Shown: piece by piece, positions 10,622 through 18,938 of the stretch
How positions within the stretch are numbered: position 1 is the stretch's first letter
Layout of the letters: every line of letters starts with the position of its first letter
NCBI GenBank assembly: GCA_050485645.1
Contig: JBJHBT010000005.1
Location: forward strand, 1,062 to 65,061
From: Gammaproteobacteria bacterium
GTDB taxonomy: Bacteria > Pseudomonadota > Gammaproteobacteria > Steroidobacterales > Rariloculaceae
Direction: 5' to 3'
Length of the DNA: 64,000 nt
The notes under the pieces: generated by a model
What the model was told of the DNA's origin: nothing
The model's input: only the letters and a program-made list of their open reading frames with translations
The model's database searches: none
Position numbers and translations under genes: made by a program

Positions 10622-11137
10622 GTGGAACAGACCCATCGATCGAGCGTTGTCGTCGCTGCGCGAGCGGCCGGCGGATTTACCGTGCTCGAACTGATGGCAA
10701 CGTTGACCGTGGCAGCCGTGATACTGGCGTTCGGCGTGCCCAGCTTCCTGAGCGTCATCCAGAACAGCCGCGCCACGACGTACACCAACGAAGTCGTTAC
10801 GGCACTGAACCTGGCACGTACCGAGGCGAGCCGCCGCAATGCGAACGTGGTGGTATGCCGCTCCGTAAATGGCACTGTCTGCGCCAATGGTACTGACTGG
10901 AGTGTGGGTTGGGTTGTTCGTACGGCGGGCGGCGAGTTGATCCGTTCCTGGCCGGCGCAGGCGGGCGGTGCGAACCTGATTACCGGCCCGGCCGCCGGAG
11001 TGACCTATCAGCCGCGTGGCACGGCGGCGGCCATCGCTGCTTTTCAGATTCGTCTGCCGAACTGCACCGGAGATCAGGGCCGTGATATCACCGTGAACCG
11101 GCCCGGGCGCGTCGCCGTATCACGAGTCAACTGCTGA
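10622..11137 (+). CDS. fimU: type IV pilus minor pilin, GspH/FimT/FimU family
   Basis: Prepilin signature GG/FTVLELMATLTVAAVILAFGVPSF followed by a GspH-like domain (TNEVVTALNLARTEASRRN). Start trimmed from 10514 to GTG 10622, the only in-frame start close to the leader. Assignment as fimU rather than fimT is uncertain. Confidence 0.8.
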   Translation: MEQTHRSSVVVAARAAGGFTVLELMATLTVAAVILAFGVPSFLSVIQNSRATTYTNEVVTALNLARTEASRRNANVVVCRSVNGTVCANGTDWSVGWVVRTAGGELIRSWPAQAGGANLITGPAAGVTYQPRGTAAAIAAFQIRLPNCTGDQGRDITVNRPGRVAVSRVNC

Positions 11138-11157
11138 CAGTCGATGAAAGACCGCAC

Positions 11158-11631
11158 ATGAACAGATTGTCCAATATCCATCCAATGTCACCGGGCCGCT
11201 GCGGCGGCCTGACGCTGATCGAGGTACTGATCGCACTGGTGGTTCTGTCGATCGGGCTTCTGGGTCTGGCCGGGCTGCAGACCACGTCGCTGCAATCCAA
11301 TACCAGTGCCTACCATCGCACACAGGCCACGGCCCTCGCTTATGATCTGGCCGATCGCATGCGCGCCAACCGCAACGCTGCGCTCAACGATCAGTACAAC
11401 GGCGGGTTCCAGACGCCGCCTCCAGCCTGTAATCCCGCCGTCGGCGGTGGCGGAACGCCGGCGACGGATCTATTGGCCTGGCGTAACGCGCTGGTCTGTC
11501 GGCTGCCGCAGGGTACCGGCGCCGTAGTCCGCGTGGATCCGGACAGCAACGAGTTCACGATAACCATACGCTGGGATGACAGCCGTGGTGTGGACGGACT
11601 GATGGACTTTGCGTTCACGACGGCGTTATGA
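11158..11631 (+). CDS. pilV: type IV pilus minor pilin PilV
   Basis: GG/LTLIEVLIALVVLSIGLLGLAGLQ prepilin N-terminus and PilV-type body; position after fimU. Alternative start at second Met (11185). Confidence 0.85.
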   Translation: MNRLSNIHPMSPGRCGGLTLIEVLIALVVLSIGLLGLAGLQTTSLQSNTSAYHRTQATALAYDLADRMRANRNAALNDQYNGGFQTPPPACNPAVGGGGTPATDLLAWRNALVCRLPQGTGAVVRVDPDSNEFTITIRWDDSRGVDGLMDFAFTTAL

Positions 11632-12767
11632 CTATGCAGATCCACAACACAGTCAACCTGCTGACGGACGCCCGGCCTATGCGGTGCCAGCGCGGCATGA
11701 CGCTGATCGAACTGATGATAGCGCTGGTGCTGGGCCTGATACTGATCGCCGGTGTGATTCAGATTTTCATCGCGAATCGTGCCACCTACGCATTCAACGA
11801 GGGACTCGCGCGCATCCAGGAACATGGTCGATTTGCGCTCGACCATATTGCCCATACGACACGGATGGGCGGATACGTCGGCTGTCTGCGCGATATCACG
11901 ATCCACAATAATCTCAATGCTCAATGGAATTTCCGCGATGATGTCCGCAATGGCGTGCAGGGCTTCAATGCCAATGGCACCGGAGTCGGCCAGACATTTG
12001 CGGCCGCGGCCGTCAACCCGGCCGCGTCGCCCACGCCGGCCAACTGGACCCCCAATCTGCCCGCGGAGTTGAACAATCTGGTGATCCCGGGCAGCGATGT
12101 GCTGGTCGTGCGCAGCGTATCACCGCTGTCCACCACGCTTGTCCCACCATTCAGCAGTTCGGCGCAGCTGTTTGTTGAAGACCCCGCCGGATTCCAGCTC
12201 GGGGATATCGCAGTTGTAACTGACTGCCAGAAGGCATCTATATTCCAGATCACCAACATTACTGGTGTCGGGTTTGGCGCGAACGTTGTGCACAGCAATT
12301 CCGGTTCCGTCGTTCCGGGAAACGCAGGACCACAGCTCGGACAGAGTTACGGGTTGGGGTCTGAGCTGGCGACACTCCAGGCCACGGCTTTTTATATCGG
12401 TGTTGGCACGAACGGTACGCCGGCACTGTTTCAGTTCAGGCTGCAGCGCATCAATGACAACCTCAGCCAGTTCGTACCCGAGGAACTGGTGGGTGGCATC
12501 GATACCATGCAGGTACGTTACGGGCTGGATACCGACAACAACGGATCAGTCGACGTGTGGCAGACCGCGGATGCCATTGCGGCAACGGATTGGCAGCTGG
12601 TGGCAAGCGTCGAGATCAGCCTGTTGATACGGGCCAGCGAGGAATACGGACTGGATCAGGACACGACGGTCTACAACGTCGGTGGGGTTACATTCGACCC
12701 CCAGGACGACCGTCGCTTCCGCCAGGTGTTCTCCACCACCATCAGCTTGCGTAACCGCCTGCCGTAG
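11628..12767 (+). CDS. pilW: type IV pilus minor pilin / assembly protein PilW
   Basis: RG/MTLIELMIALVLGLILIAGVIQIF and NEGLARIQEHGRFAL typical of PilW. ATGA overlap with pilV stop. Confidence 0.85.
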   Translation: MTMQIHNTVNLLTDARPMRCQRGMTLIELMIALVLGLILIAGVIQIFIANRATYAFNEGLARIQEHGRFALDHIAHTTRMGGYVGCLRDITIHNNLNAQWNFRDDVRNGVQGFNANGTGVGQTFAAAAVNPAASPTPANWTPNLPAELNNLVIPGSDVLVVRSVSPLSTTLVPPFSSSAQLFVEDPAGFQLGDIAVVTDCQKASIFQITNITGVGFGANVVHSNSGSVVPGNAGPQLGQSYGLGSELATLQATAFYIGVGTNGTPALFQFRLQRINDNLSQFVPEELVGGIDTMQVRYGLDTDNNGSVDVWQTADAIAATDWQLVASVEISLLIRASEEYGLDQDTTVYNVGGVTFDPQDDRRFRQVFSTTISLRNRLP

Positions 12768-12778
12768 GAGTCGCATTG

Positions 12779-13315
12779 ATGTGGACCATGCAGTTTTCGC
12801 GTCACGGCGGCCAGCATCAGGGCGGTGCGGCGCTGATCGTTGCGCTGATTTTTCTGCTGGTGATGACCGTGATCGGTACGACCGCGATGCGCGCCGCCAC
12901 GATGCAGGAGCGTATGGCCGGTAACATCCGCGACGTCAACCTCGCGTTCCAGGCGGCGGAAGGCGCATTGCGTGAGGCCGAGGATTTTCTGCTCAACGTT
13001 GCCATGCTGCCAAACTTCAATGACAGCAACGGTTTCTACGAAGTGAATTCGCCGGTAAGACCGGACTGGCGGGCCGATCCGCTGGCTGCCGGTGGCGGTG
13101 GGTTCATCGAGTACGGCGGAACGATCGCTGGCGCCGCCAGGCCGCCGCGCTATTTCATTGAACAGCTCAGCGCCGTGACGGTGCGGCCAGCGGGAACCGA
13201 AACGGAAACCGGAACTCCGCTGGAAGAGATTTTCTACTTTCGTGTTACCGCTGTGGGCTTTGGTGGTGACGAAACCACCTCGGCGGTGCTCAGTACGGTT
13301 TTCAGGAGCCGGTGA
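12779..13315 (+). CDS. pilX: type IV pilus minor pilin PilX
   Basis: GGAALIVALIFLLVMTVIGTTAMRAATMQERMAGN is the PilX-N signature. AGGAG lies 8 nt upstream of ATG 12779. Confidence 0.85.
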   Translation: MWTMQFSRHGGQHQGGAALIVALIFLLVMTVIGTTAMRAATMQERMAGNIRDVNLAFQAAEGALREAEDFLLNVAMLPNFNDSNGFYEVNSPVRPDWRADPLAAGGGGFIEYGGTIAGAARPPRYFIEQLSAVTVRPAGTETETGTPLEEIFYFRVTAVGFGGDETTSAVLSTVFRSR

Positions 13316-16300
13316 TGAACAGGAAGATCGGGATGACTGGCTTGGTTCGCGAATCTGCCCGCCGGCGTGCGTATGTCAAGTGTTCGCGCTTCACACGCAG
13401 GACAGCCGGCGGACTGGGTGCGCTGCTGTACACGCTGTTTGTCTGGCAGGCGGCGAACGCCGAAGTGTCACAGATGCCGTTGTATCTGGGTGGCGGCAAT
13501 GTGCCGGGGAATCTCGTACTCGTGCCGTCCGTCGAGTGGCCGACCATCAACAGCATGGCGAATCTGGGGCCGTACGATCTGAACCGCACTTATCTCGGAT
13601 ACTTCGATCCGAACAAGTGCTACGGCTATCACTACGCCACCAGCGAACCGGAGCGTCACTTTTATCCGGTAGGTTCGGCAGTAGCCCGCCAGTGCGCTGG
13701 CCAGTGGAGCGGCAACTACATGAACTGGGCAGCGACCCAGACCATCGACCCGTTCCGCTCCGTACTGACTGGGGGGCTGAGGGTTCGCGATACCCCCACC
13801 GAGACCTGGCTTGAGAAAGCCCGCCACGATGGACAGGGCGGTACCGGTATTTATCCGAATCGTCGCCTGCCTGCCAGCGATAATAATGCGGCGCTGGTGC
13901 TGGGCGCCACGCCATTCGCGGCTACGAACTGGGTCAGAACCCGCATTCAGGGGCTGGGCAACCGGATGCGATTCGGCGTCGTTTCCAATGATCAGATCAA
14001 CGACGGTGCCACGGCACGGGTTGACTACAACCCCGCCACACACGCCACGCTGGTCGCGGGTCAGGTCTACGAAGTCAGCATACGGGTCCGGGTCTGTGTG
14101 GCCGGCATGCTGGAATCGAATTGCCGTCAGTACTCTCAGGGTTACAAGCCGGAAGGCCTGATTCAGCAGAACGCCCACAATCTTCGTGTCGGCGTGTTCG
14201 GCTATCTCAATGATGGCAACATGCTGCGCGACGGTGGCGTGCTACGGGCACGACAGAAATTCGTCGGCCCGACGCGAATCGTTCCGGGCCAGGGTTCTGT
14301 GGCGAACCCCAATCAGGAATGGAATCCGCTAACCGGCGTTTTCTTCGCCAACCCCGATTCGGCCGATGCCAGCGCGACATCGACGGCACTGGGCATCACG
14401 ATCAACAACAGCGGTGTGCTGAACTATTTGAATCGCTTCGGACAGATGACCAGTGCCAATCACAAGAATTTCGATCCGGTGAGCGAGTTGTACTACACCG
14501 CGCTGCGCTACCTGCGCAACATCGGCAACGTACCTGAATACTCGAATATCCCCGGCAACACCGGGGTGGGGGCGGTGGTGGCCGCTGACGGATTTCCCGT
14601 CATTACGAACTGGGACGACCCCATACAGTATGCCTGCCAGAAGAACGTGATTCTGGGTATCGGTGACGTCTATACGCACCGCGACAAGAATCTTCCCGGC
14701 AATACCGTCTACAGAAACGATGAACCAGCGATGCCAACAGCGGTCGCCAACGACACTGGCGTGAACGTGCGAACCTGGACGAACCGCGTAGGCCAACTTG
14801 AAGGGCTGGGCAACATCGGCGATAGCAACAGCTGGTCTGGCCGAAACAATTCGGCGTACATGGCCGGCCTGGCGTATTTCGCGAATACGACCGACATACG
14901 GCCCGACATGTCCGGCACTCAGACCGTGTCCACGCACTGGGTGGACGTGCTTGAGGCGCAGTCACTGGAGCCGCCGGTCAGGAATCAGTACTACCTGGCC
15001 ACGAAATACGGCGGCTTTCGCCCGCCGGACGATTTTGATCCGCTCACCTATGCCGGTCCAAACCTGCCGGAGGAATGGTGGCATTCCAATGGTCAGACAT
15101 TGACGTCCTTCGGACCGAACGCGTCTCCCACCGGTGTGAATTTTGCCAGACCGGACAACTACTACCTCGCCGGCGAAGCCGATCAGATGATCGCCAGCCT
15201 GAACGAAGCATTTGCGCGGATCGTAGCCGAGTTGCGAAGCTCTGCCTCATCCGTTGCCGCCAACTCCACCCGTGTCGATACGGATACCGCCGTATTCCAG
15301 GCCGCGTTCGACAGCACGCGATGGAGCGGTGAACTTCAGGCGTTCCGCATTTTCCAGGATGGCACGATTGCCGATACCGCATCCTGGAATGCCGCTCAGC
15401 GCCTGGACGACCGCACCGAGAACGACATACTGACCACGCGCCGGATTTTCACCGTGACGCCGCCCACACTGAGCGGTGGCGTGTACAGGTCCACAAGTGG
15501 CGTCAATTTCCAGTGGGGCAGTCTGGCTGCCTCTCAGCAACAGGCATTGCGTCAGCAGCCCGGGGGCGGACCATTGGTCAGCGAAGTCATGGGACAGGAT
15601 CGACTCAACTACCTGCGTGGCTCGCGACAGAACGAGCAGCCCAGCGGTCCGTTCCGTCAGCGCGACAGCCGCCTTGGCGATATCGTCAATTCCGACCCGC
15701 AGTTCATTCATCGTCAGGACTTCGGCTATACGCTGCTGGCGCAGTCGTCGGCGTTCGGCAACACCACGGTCGGGCCGGCCTACCGTGCGTTCCGGGAGTC
15801 CGCTGCCTACCAGAACCGTCCGCCCATGGTTGTGGTCGGTGCGAACGATGGCATGCTGCACGGATTTCACGCGGGGATCGACGGCAATGGTGGCCAGGAG
15901 CTGTTCGCGTTCGTGCCGCATGCCACGTTCGAGAATCTCTACGAACTGACGCTGCAGGACTACGTCCACCGCTATTTCGTGGATGGGACGCCCCGTATCG
16001 CCGACGCCTGGCTGGGTACGACCTTGGGCTGGCGTACGCTCGTGGTTGGCGTGACCGGCGCCGGTGGACGCAGCGTGTTCGCGCTCGACATTACCGATCC
16101 CACGGCGATGACGGCCAGCAATGTCCTGTGGGAGTTCTCGCATCAGAACATGGGCAAGACGCTCGGCCATGCCGTCGTTGCGCCGCTGGCCACGGGCGTC
16201 TTCGGCACCATCGTCACCAGTGGTTACGACACTACGCAGGATGACGGATACATCTGGATCCTGAATCCGGCAACCGGTGCGGTGCTCCACGAGTTCGAGG

Positions 16301-17250
16301 TACCGACCGCGGGTGGCGAGCTGGGTGCGCCGCTGGTGGTAGATCTGGACGGCGACCGCGTGGCCGACCGCATCTATGTGGGTGACACGATGGGCAATCT
16401 CTGGCGCTTCGACATCAGCAACAGCAACATGAACCAGTGGGGGCCACCCAGCGGCCAGAACGGCAATCTTCAGCAAGGCCAGACCAAGTATCCGTTGTTC
16501 GTCGCCCGCGATGCGCTGGGCAACCGTCAGGCCATTACCGGTCCGCTGGCATCCGCCTTCACGGAATCCGGCGAACACGCGATTTTCTTTGGTACCGGCA
16601 GCTTTTATCAGGTCGACGACAACGTCGTGCCCAACGACCCGCTGGTGGATACTTTCTACGGCATCATCGACCGAGGTCAGCGTATCCAGAACCGCTCGAC
16701 GCTGCTTGAGCAGGAGATCATCACCGAGCAGGTTGTCTTCGGCCAGCCGGTAAGGGCCGTCACGGCGAACCCCATCCAGTCGTCACACAGCGGCTGGTAC
16801 CTGGATCTGGTCTGGAAGAACAGCTACGGCGGTCCAGGTCCAGTCGGTGAGCGTGTCGTCTCCCGGCCGCTGGTTCGCGGCGATCGGGTGATATTCCCCA
16901 CACTGATTCCGAATCCTGATCCGTGCTCGTTCGGTGGGGACAGCTGGATCATGGAACTCAATACCTTCTCGGGTGGCCGACTCGCCTACTCCGTGTTCGA
17001 TCTCAACGATGATGGTGAGTTTGATTCCGATGACTGGATTGAAATAGTCGAGGACGGCGAAACGATACGCATCCCGGTGTCGGGCATCAGGCCGGATATC
17101 GGCATAATCCAGACGCCGGCGATCATTACCGGCTTTGGAACGGACGAGTCGGAGATCAAAGTCATCAGTGGCTCATCCGGTGAGCTGATACGGATCTCCG
17201 AGCGCGGTGGTATAGGGATTGGCCGCCAGTCCTGGCGACAGTTGAGGTGA
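13312..17250 (+). CDS. pilY1: type IV pilus tip-associated adhesin / biogenesis factor PilY1
   Basis: 1312 aa, follows pilX with overlapping start/stop. C-terminal PilC/PilY1 beta-propeller features including DLDGDRVADRIYVGDTMGNLWRFD (Ca-binding loop type) and MVVVGANDGMLHGF. Confidence 0.9.
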   Translation: MMNRKIGMTGLVRESARRRAYVKCSRFTRRTAGGLGALLYTLFVWQAANAEVSQMPLYLGGGNVPGNLVLVPSVEWPTINSMANLGPYDLNRTYLGYFDPNKCYGYHYATSEPERHFYPVGSAVARQCAGQWSGNYMNWAATQTIDPFRSVLTGGLRVRDTPTETWLEKARHDGQGGTGIYPNRRLPASDNNAALVLGATPFAATNWVRTRIQGLGNRMRFGVVSNDQINDGATARVDYNPATHATLVAGQVYEVSIRVRVCVAGMLESNCRQYSQGYKPEGLIQQNAHNLRVGVFGYLNDGNMLRDGGVLRARQKFVGPTRIVPGQGSVANPNQEWNPLTGVFFANPDSADASATSTALGITINNSGVLNYLNRFGQMTSANHKNFDPVSELYYTALRYLRNIGNVPEYSNIPGNTGVGAVVAADGFPVITNWDDPIQYACQKNVILGIGDVYTHRDKNLPGNTVYRNDEPAMPTAVANDTGVNVRTWTNRVGQLEGLGNIGDSNSWSGRNNSAYMAGLAYFANTTDIRPDMSGTQTVSTHWVDVLEAQSLEPPVRNQYYLATKYGGFRPPDDFDPLTYAGPNLPEEWWHSNGQTLTSFGPNASPTGVNFARPDNYYLAGEADQMIASLNEAFARIVAELRSSASSVAANSTRVDTDTAVFQAAFDSTRWSGELQAFRIFQDGTIADTASWNAAQRLDDRTENDILTTRRIFTVTPPTLSGGVYRSTSGVNFQWGSLAASQQQALRQQPGGGPLVSEVMGQDRLNYLRGSRQNEQPSGPFRQRDSRLGDIVNSDPQFIHRQDFGYTLLAQSSAFGNTTVGPAYRAFRESAAYQNRPPMVVVGANDGMLHGFHAGIDGNGGQELFAFVPHATFENLYELTLQDYVHRYFVDGTPRIADAWLGTTLGWRTLVVGVTGAGGRSVFALDITDPTAMTASNVLWEFSHQNMGKTLGHAVVAPLATGVFGTIVTSGYDTTQDDGYIWILNPATGAVLHEFEVPTAGGELGAPLVVDLDGDRVADRIYVGDTMGNLWRFDISNSNMNQWGPPSGQNGNLQQGQTKYPLFVARDALGNRQAITGPLASAFTESGEHAIFFGTGSFYQVDDNVVPNDPLVDTFYGIIDRGQRIQNRSTLLEQEIITEQVVFGQPVRAVTANPIQSSHSGWYLDLVWKNSYGGPGPVGERVVSRPLVRGDRVIFPTLIPNPDPCSFGGDSWIMELNTFSGGRLAYSVFDLNDDGEFDSDDWIEIVEDGETIRIPVSGIRPDIGIIQTPAIITGFGTDESEIKVISGSSGELIRISERGGIGIGRQSWRQLR

Positions 17251-17254
17251 TGCG

Positions 17255-17695
17255 ATGAAGCCTGGACAATGGCAAGCCTTCCGCCCGATACGTGGATTCA
17301 CGCTGATCGAGCTGATGATCGTGGTCGTGATCGTCGGGATCCTTGCGGCGATCGCGTATCCGTCATACCAGAACCAAGTGCAGCAGACGCGGCGGGCCGA
17401 TGGCAAGGCCGCATTGCTGGCAACGGCGCAGCGTCTGGAGCGCTGCTACACGCGATTCGCGAGCTACGCTGAAGCCGCAGGCTGTGATGTGGCGGCGGAT
17501 GCCACCGCGGGCATCCCGTCGCCTGAGGCGTTCTACGTGGTGGCCGGCACCCCGACAGCCACCGCCTTCACGCTGACAGCGACTCCGCAGGGACCCCAGG
17601 TCAACGACACTCGCTGCGGCGTACTCACATTGACGCACACAGGCCGACAGGGATCACTGGGCGCCACTGGCGTCGATGCCAACAACTGCTGGTAG
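17255..17695 (+). CDS. pilE: type IV pilus minor pilin PilE
   Basis: RG/FTLIELMIVVVIVGILAAIAYPSYQNQVQQTRRADGKAALL; last gene of the minor-pilin operon. Confidence 0.88.
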   Translation: MKPGQWQAFRPIRGFTLIELMIVVVIVGILAAIAYPSYQNQVQQTRRADGKAALLATAQRLERCYTRFASYAEAAGCDVAADATAGIPSPEAFYVVAGTPTATAFTLTATPQGPQVNDTRCGVLTLTHTGRQGSLGATGVDANNCW

Positions 17696-17741
17696 TCGTG
17701 CACGAATCTCCGTACGATCTCCGCCCGCCGTTCGGGTATCC

Positions 17742-18209
17742 TCACCGCACCGGCCTTGACCGCCGCCTCAGCCTCTCGTCGATGATCGAATCGTTGCGAC
17801 GAATGGCCGCTTCCGAATCGGCAACACGTTCACAGCGCAGCCGCGCCCAATCGACATCGCGGCGTTGATGCAGAAAATTGATCGCATCGACAGCTCCGCG
17901 GATGAAGCTGGCATTGCGATCCACGTCCCGCTCCAGCTGTGAACGTTCGGTATCCGTAAGGCGGTGCGAGACAACCAGTCGCACCGTCATCACGCAGTCG
18001 AACACACCATCTTCGCCCGACATCGTCAGGTGTGGCGCCAGTGCCTGACGGGCGCCTTCCATGCTGCCCCAGACCCAGATGAAGTCTTCGTCCGGTATGG
18101 TGACCAGGCCGGGGAAGGCAGCCGGTTCCTGCGCGCGCACGCGGTCTGCGCATGCCAGCAGCAGAGCTGGCAGCAGCGCGGCGATCCAGTACAGATGAAG
18201 ACGATTCAT
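17742..18209 (-). CDS. hypothetical lipoprotein (predicted), last gene of ponA transcription unit
   Basis: MNRLHLYWIAALLPALLLAC/ADRV: hydrophobic signal plus LLAC lipobox, Ala at +2. I recognise no family. Lies 31 nt downstream of the preceding minus-strand gene. Confidence 0.6.
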   Translation of the reverse strand: MNRLHLYWIAALLPALLLACADRVRAQEPAAFPGLVTIPDEDFIWVWGSMEGARQALAPHLTMSGEDGVFDCVMTVRLVVSHRLTDTERSQLERDVDRNASFIRGAVDAINFLHQRRDVDWARLRCERVADSEAAIRRNDSIIDERLRRRSRPVR

Positions 18210-18240
18210 GAGCGCACTTTCGGGCCTCGACGCAACGGGG

Positions 18241-18846
18241 TCAAGCCAGCAGCGCCAGCACTTCAGGTCGCGCGGCGCGGCGCATCGGCCGTTGATCCAC
18301 CGGGCTCAACGGTGCCTGCCGCAGGCCATGCTCTGGAAATACCAGAGCCAGCACGCGTTCTCCGTCCGATACGAACCGGTAGCCGGGGATCAGTGCGGGA
18401 CTCTGCCCGGCGCCGAAACGCAGCCGACGCTGATAGTCCTGAACACTGTGTCCGCGCAGGCGCAGTTCCGCTTCCACCGTTTCCGGCAGATCGGCGAACA
18501 GGTGCAGCTCCACCGGTGAATTCACAGTGGCCGTACCATGCAGCACCGAACCCACGAGCCGTGGACGGAACGGCGCCAGCGAATCCATGACGGTGACCGC
18601 CAGCTGTCGCAGCCGGTTCAGTCTGTCGTCGTGAATCGCCGCCTCGAAGATGCGCTGGCGCTCGGCCACACAGGCCTGAATATGCGCGTTGCCCGGCAAG
18701 GCCCCCGCCTCGGTCACGCCAAGCTTCTCGGCAGCCTTGCGCTTCGCGCGGCCGTAGTCGTCGATGCCATGTTCGATAATCAGTCGTGCCGCTTCCTGCG
18801 CCAGGCGCTCGCGTAGCCCGGCAAGCCCGGTGGCGGACGGTTTCAT
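18241..18846 (-). CDS. conserved-looking hypothetical protein, possibly degenerate nucleotidyltransferase fold
   Basis: Only the 3-prime third of ORF 18241..19575 is credible. ATG 18846 gives MKPSATGLAGLRERLAQEAARLIIEHGIDDYGRAKRKAAEKLGV. RLVGSVLHGTATVNSPVELHLFAD resembles a decayed GS-x(n)-D-x-D NTase motif. Confidence 0.55.
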   Translation of the reverse strand: MKPSATGLAGLRERLAQEAARLIIEHGIDDYGRAKRKAAEKLGVTEAGALPGNAHIQACVAERQRIFEAAIHDDRLNRLRQLAVTVMDSLAPFRPRLVGSVLHGTATVNSPVELHLFADLPETVEAELRLRGHSVQDYQRRLRFGAGQSPALIPGYRFVSDGERVLALVFPEHGLRQAPLSPVDQRPMRRAARPEVLALLA

Positions 18847-18938
18847 TGATCGGCGGCGGCGGCGGGGCATGCGCTGCGTGACTGACGTACTGCTGTGGAT
18901 GTGGTGCTGGCGGTCGGCGTACCGAAGGCGGATGCGGA

